A stretch of DNA of 64,000 nucleotides from an uncultured Collinsella sp. (GTDB lineage: Bacteria > Actinomycetota > Coriobacteriia > Coriobacteriales > Coriobacteriaceae). A model generated the notes under the pieces. That model ran no database searches. It saw only the letters and a list, made by a program, of their open reading frames with translations, and was not told where the DNA came from. The position numbers were made by a program, and so were the translations under genes. Location: NCBI GenBank assembly GCA_902465265.1, contig CABQMF010000001.1, positions 5,652 to 69,651 on the forward strand, read 5' to 3'. Below are positions 63,387-64,000 of this stretch, in pieces; within the stretch, counting starts at the first letter, position 1; every line of letters begins with the position of its first letter.

Positions 63387-64000
63387 GTGAAGGATTCCGA
63401 CCTCTCCACAACAGCTGCGCGCGACGCCGCTCGCATTGTTTGGTTTAAGCGCTATCCCGCCAAGCAGACGCTCATCGCCTTTTTGCTCGCCCTGCTGGCG
63501 ACCACGGCGTTTTCCATCGATCCCGCCCCGGTGTCGAGCAATGCTGTCCTGGCGATCGATCCAAAGGCCTCGGGCATGCTTTACGTGTGCTACGAGGTGC
63601 TCCTGTCGTTTGCCGGTCACACCGACGCGGTCATGCTACTCGCGCTGGCCTGCCTACTCACGTTGCCCTTTCGCTACGTGTTCTTTGGCCGCGGCGACGC
63701 TTGGCGCCCATCGGTGATTCTGCCGTCGCTGCTCTTTGCCATCTGCATGGTGTTCGGCCGCAGCTACGATCTTATCGATTCCGCCGAGCTTGTCCTTGGC
63801 GACAAGGCGCGCGTCATCTGCGCCTGGATTGGCGGCGCGGGCTGGATACTCTTGGCAGTCGTCGCCTTCTACCTTGCCTTTGAGTGCCTGGATTGGCTGA
63901 GCTCTCGGCGCATTCCGTTTTCCGAAGCGCACTTTGGCCGCGTATGGCGTGTGGCTCACGCCGTGCTCTCGGTCCATCCCTTTGCCGGGCCCTTCCTGGT
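63387..64000 (+). CDS. Hypothetical polytopic membrane protein, 3' end outside the window
   Basis: The frame is open from GTG 63387 to the window edge, so it is not in the supplied track. It has GC3-rich codon usage and several hydrophobic helices (LIAFLLALLATTAF, VMLLALACLLTL, ILPSLLFAICMVF, WILLAVVAFYLAF). Confidence 0.45.
   Translation, partial: MKDSDLSTTAARDAARIVWFKRYPAKQTLIAFLLALLATTAFSIDPAPVSSNAVLAIDPKASGMLYVCYEVLLSFAGHTDAVMLLALACLLTLPFRYVFFGRGDAWRPSVILPSLLFAICMVFGRSYDLIDSAELVLGDKARVICAWIGGAGWILLAVVAFYLAFECLDWLSSRRIPFSEAHFGRVWRVAHAVLSVHPFAGPFL

Overview
The window looks like a high-GC Gram-positive chromosome. An LAxTG sorting signal, Tat lipoproteins and the gene content suggest Actinomycetota, possibly a gut Coriobacteriia/Collinsella-like organism; this is inference only. 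I call about 50 protein genes, mostly housekeeping or metabolic. They include a sucrose PTS with a GH32 hydrolase, pflA, mtnN and engB. There is a divergent aspartate-family cluster (thrB-thrC and lysC-asd), plus ogt, a MacB/FtsX-type ABC exporter, pfkA, an M18 aminopeptidase and map. Also present are an amino-acid ABC importer operon, dxs, amtB-glnB, two TetR regulators, an OPT transporter, coaX, a dCMP deaminase, a NifU-like protein and lgt. Accessory-looking loci are:
- a degenerate-GGDEF/REC/HD-GYP protein next to an Hpt protein;
- a TetR / 1593-aa double-activase-dehydratase fusion / 3-hydroxyacyl-CoA dehydrogenase / aryl-sulfotransferase cluster;
- an 1165-aa LAxTG coiled-coil surface protein with an embedded globular domain;
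- a 46-codon hydrophobic peptide ORF that is absent from the ORF track;
- a truncated Abi (abortive infection) gene remnant.
I found no rRNA, tRNA, CRISPR array, transposase or integrase. The most unusual content is non-coding. At least three families of structured intergenic repeats recur in the window:
- E family, 4 copies: nested hairpins with conserved unpaired motifs and outer stems that differ in sequence but stay perfectly paired;
- R family, 5 canonical and 2 variant copies: hairpins sharing a GGGACAGG loop core;
- H family, 3 copies plus 1 relative: GTTGCGGTG hairpins, one with matched changes in both arms.
There are also single long MITE-like hairpins and a tandem hairpin pair. None of these can be matched to a known element from the sequence alone. 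They are my best candidates for something undescribed, though they may prove to be REP/MITE-like genomic repeats. No complete novel protein system such as a defence system is evident.
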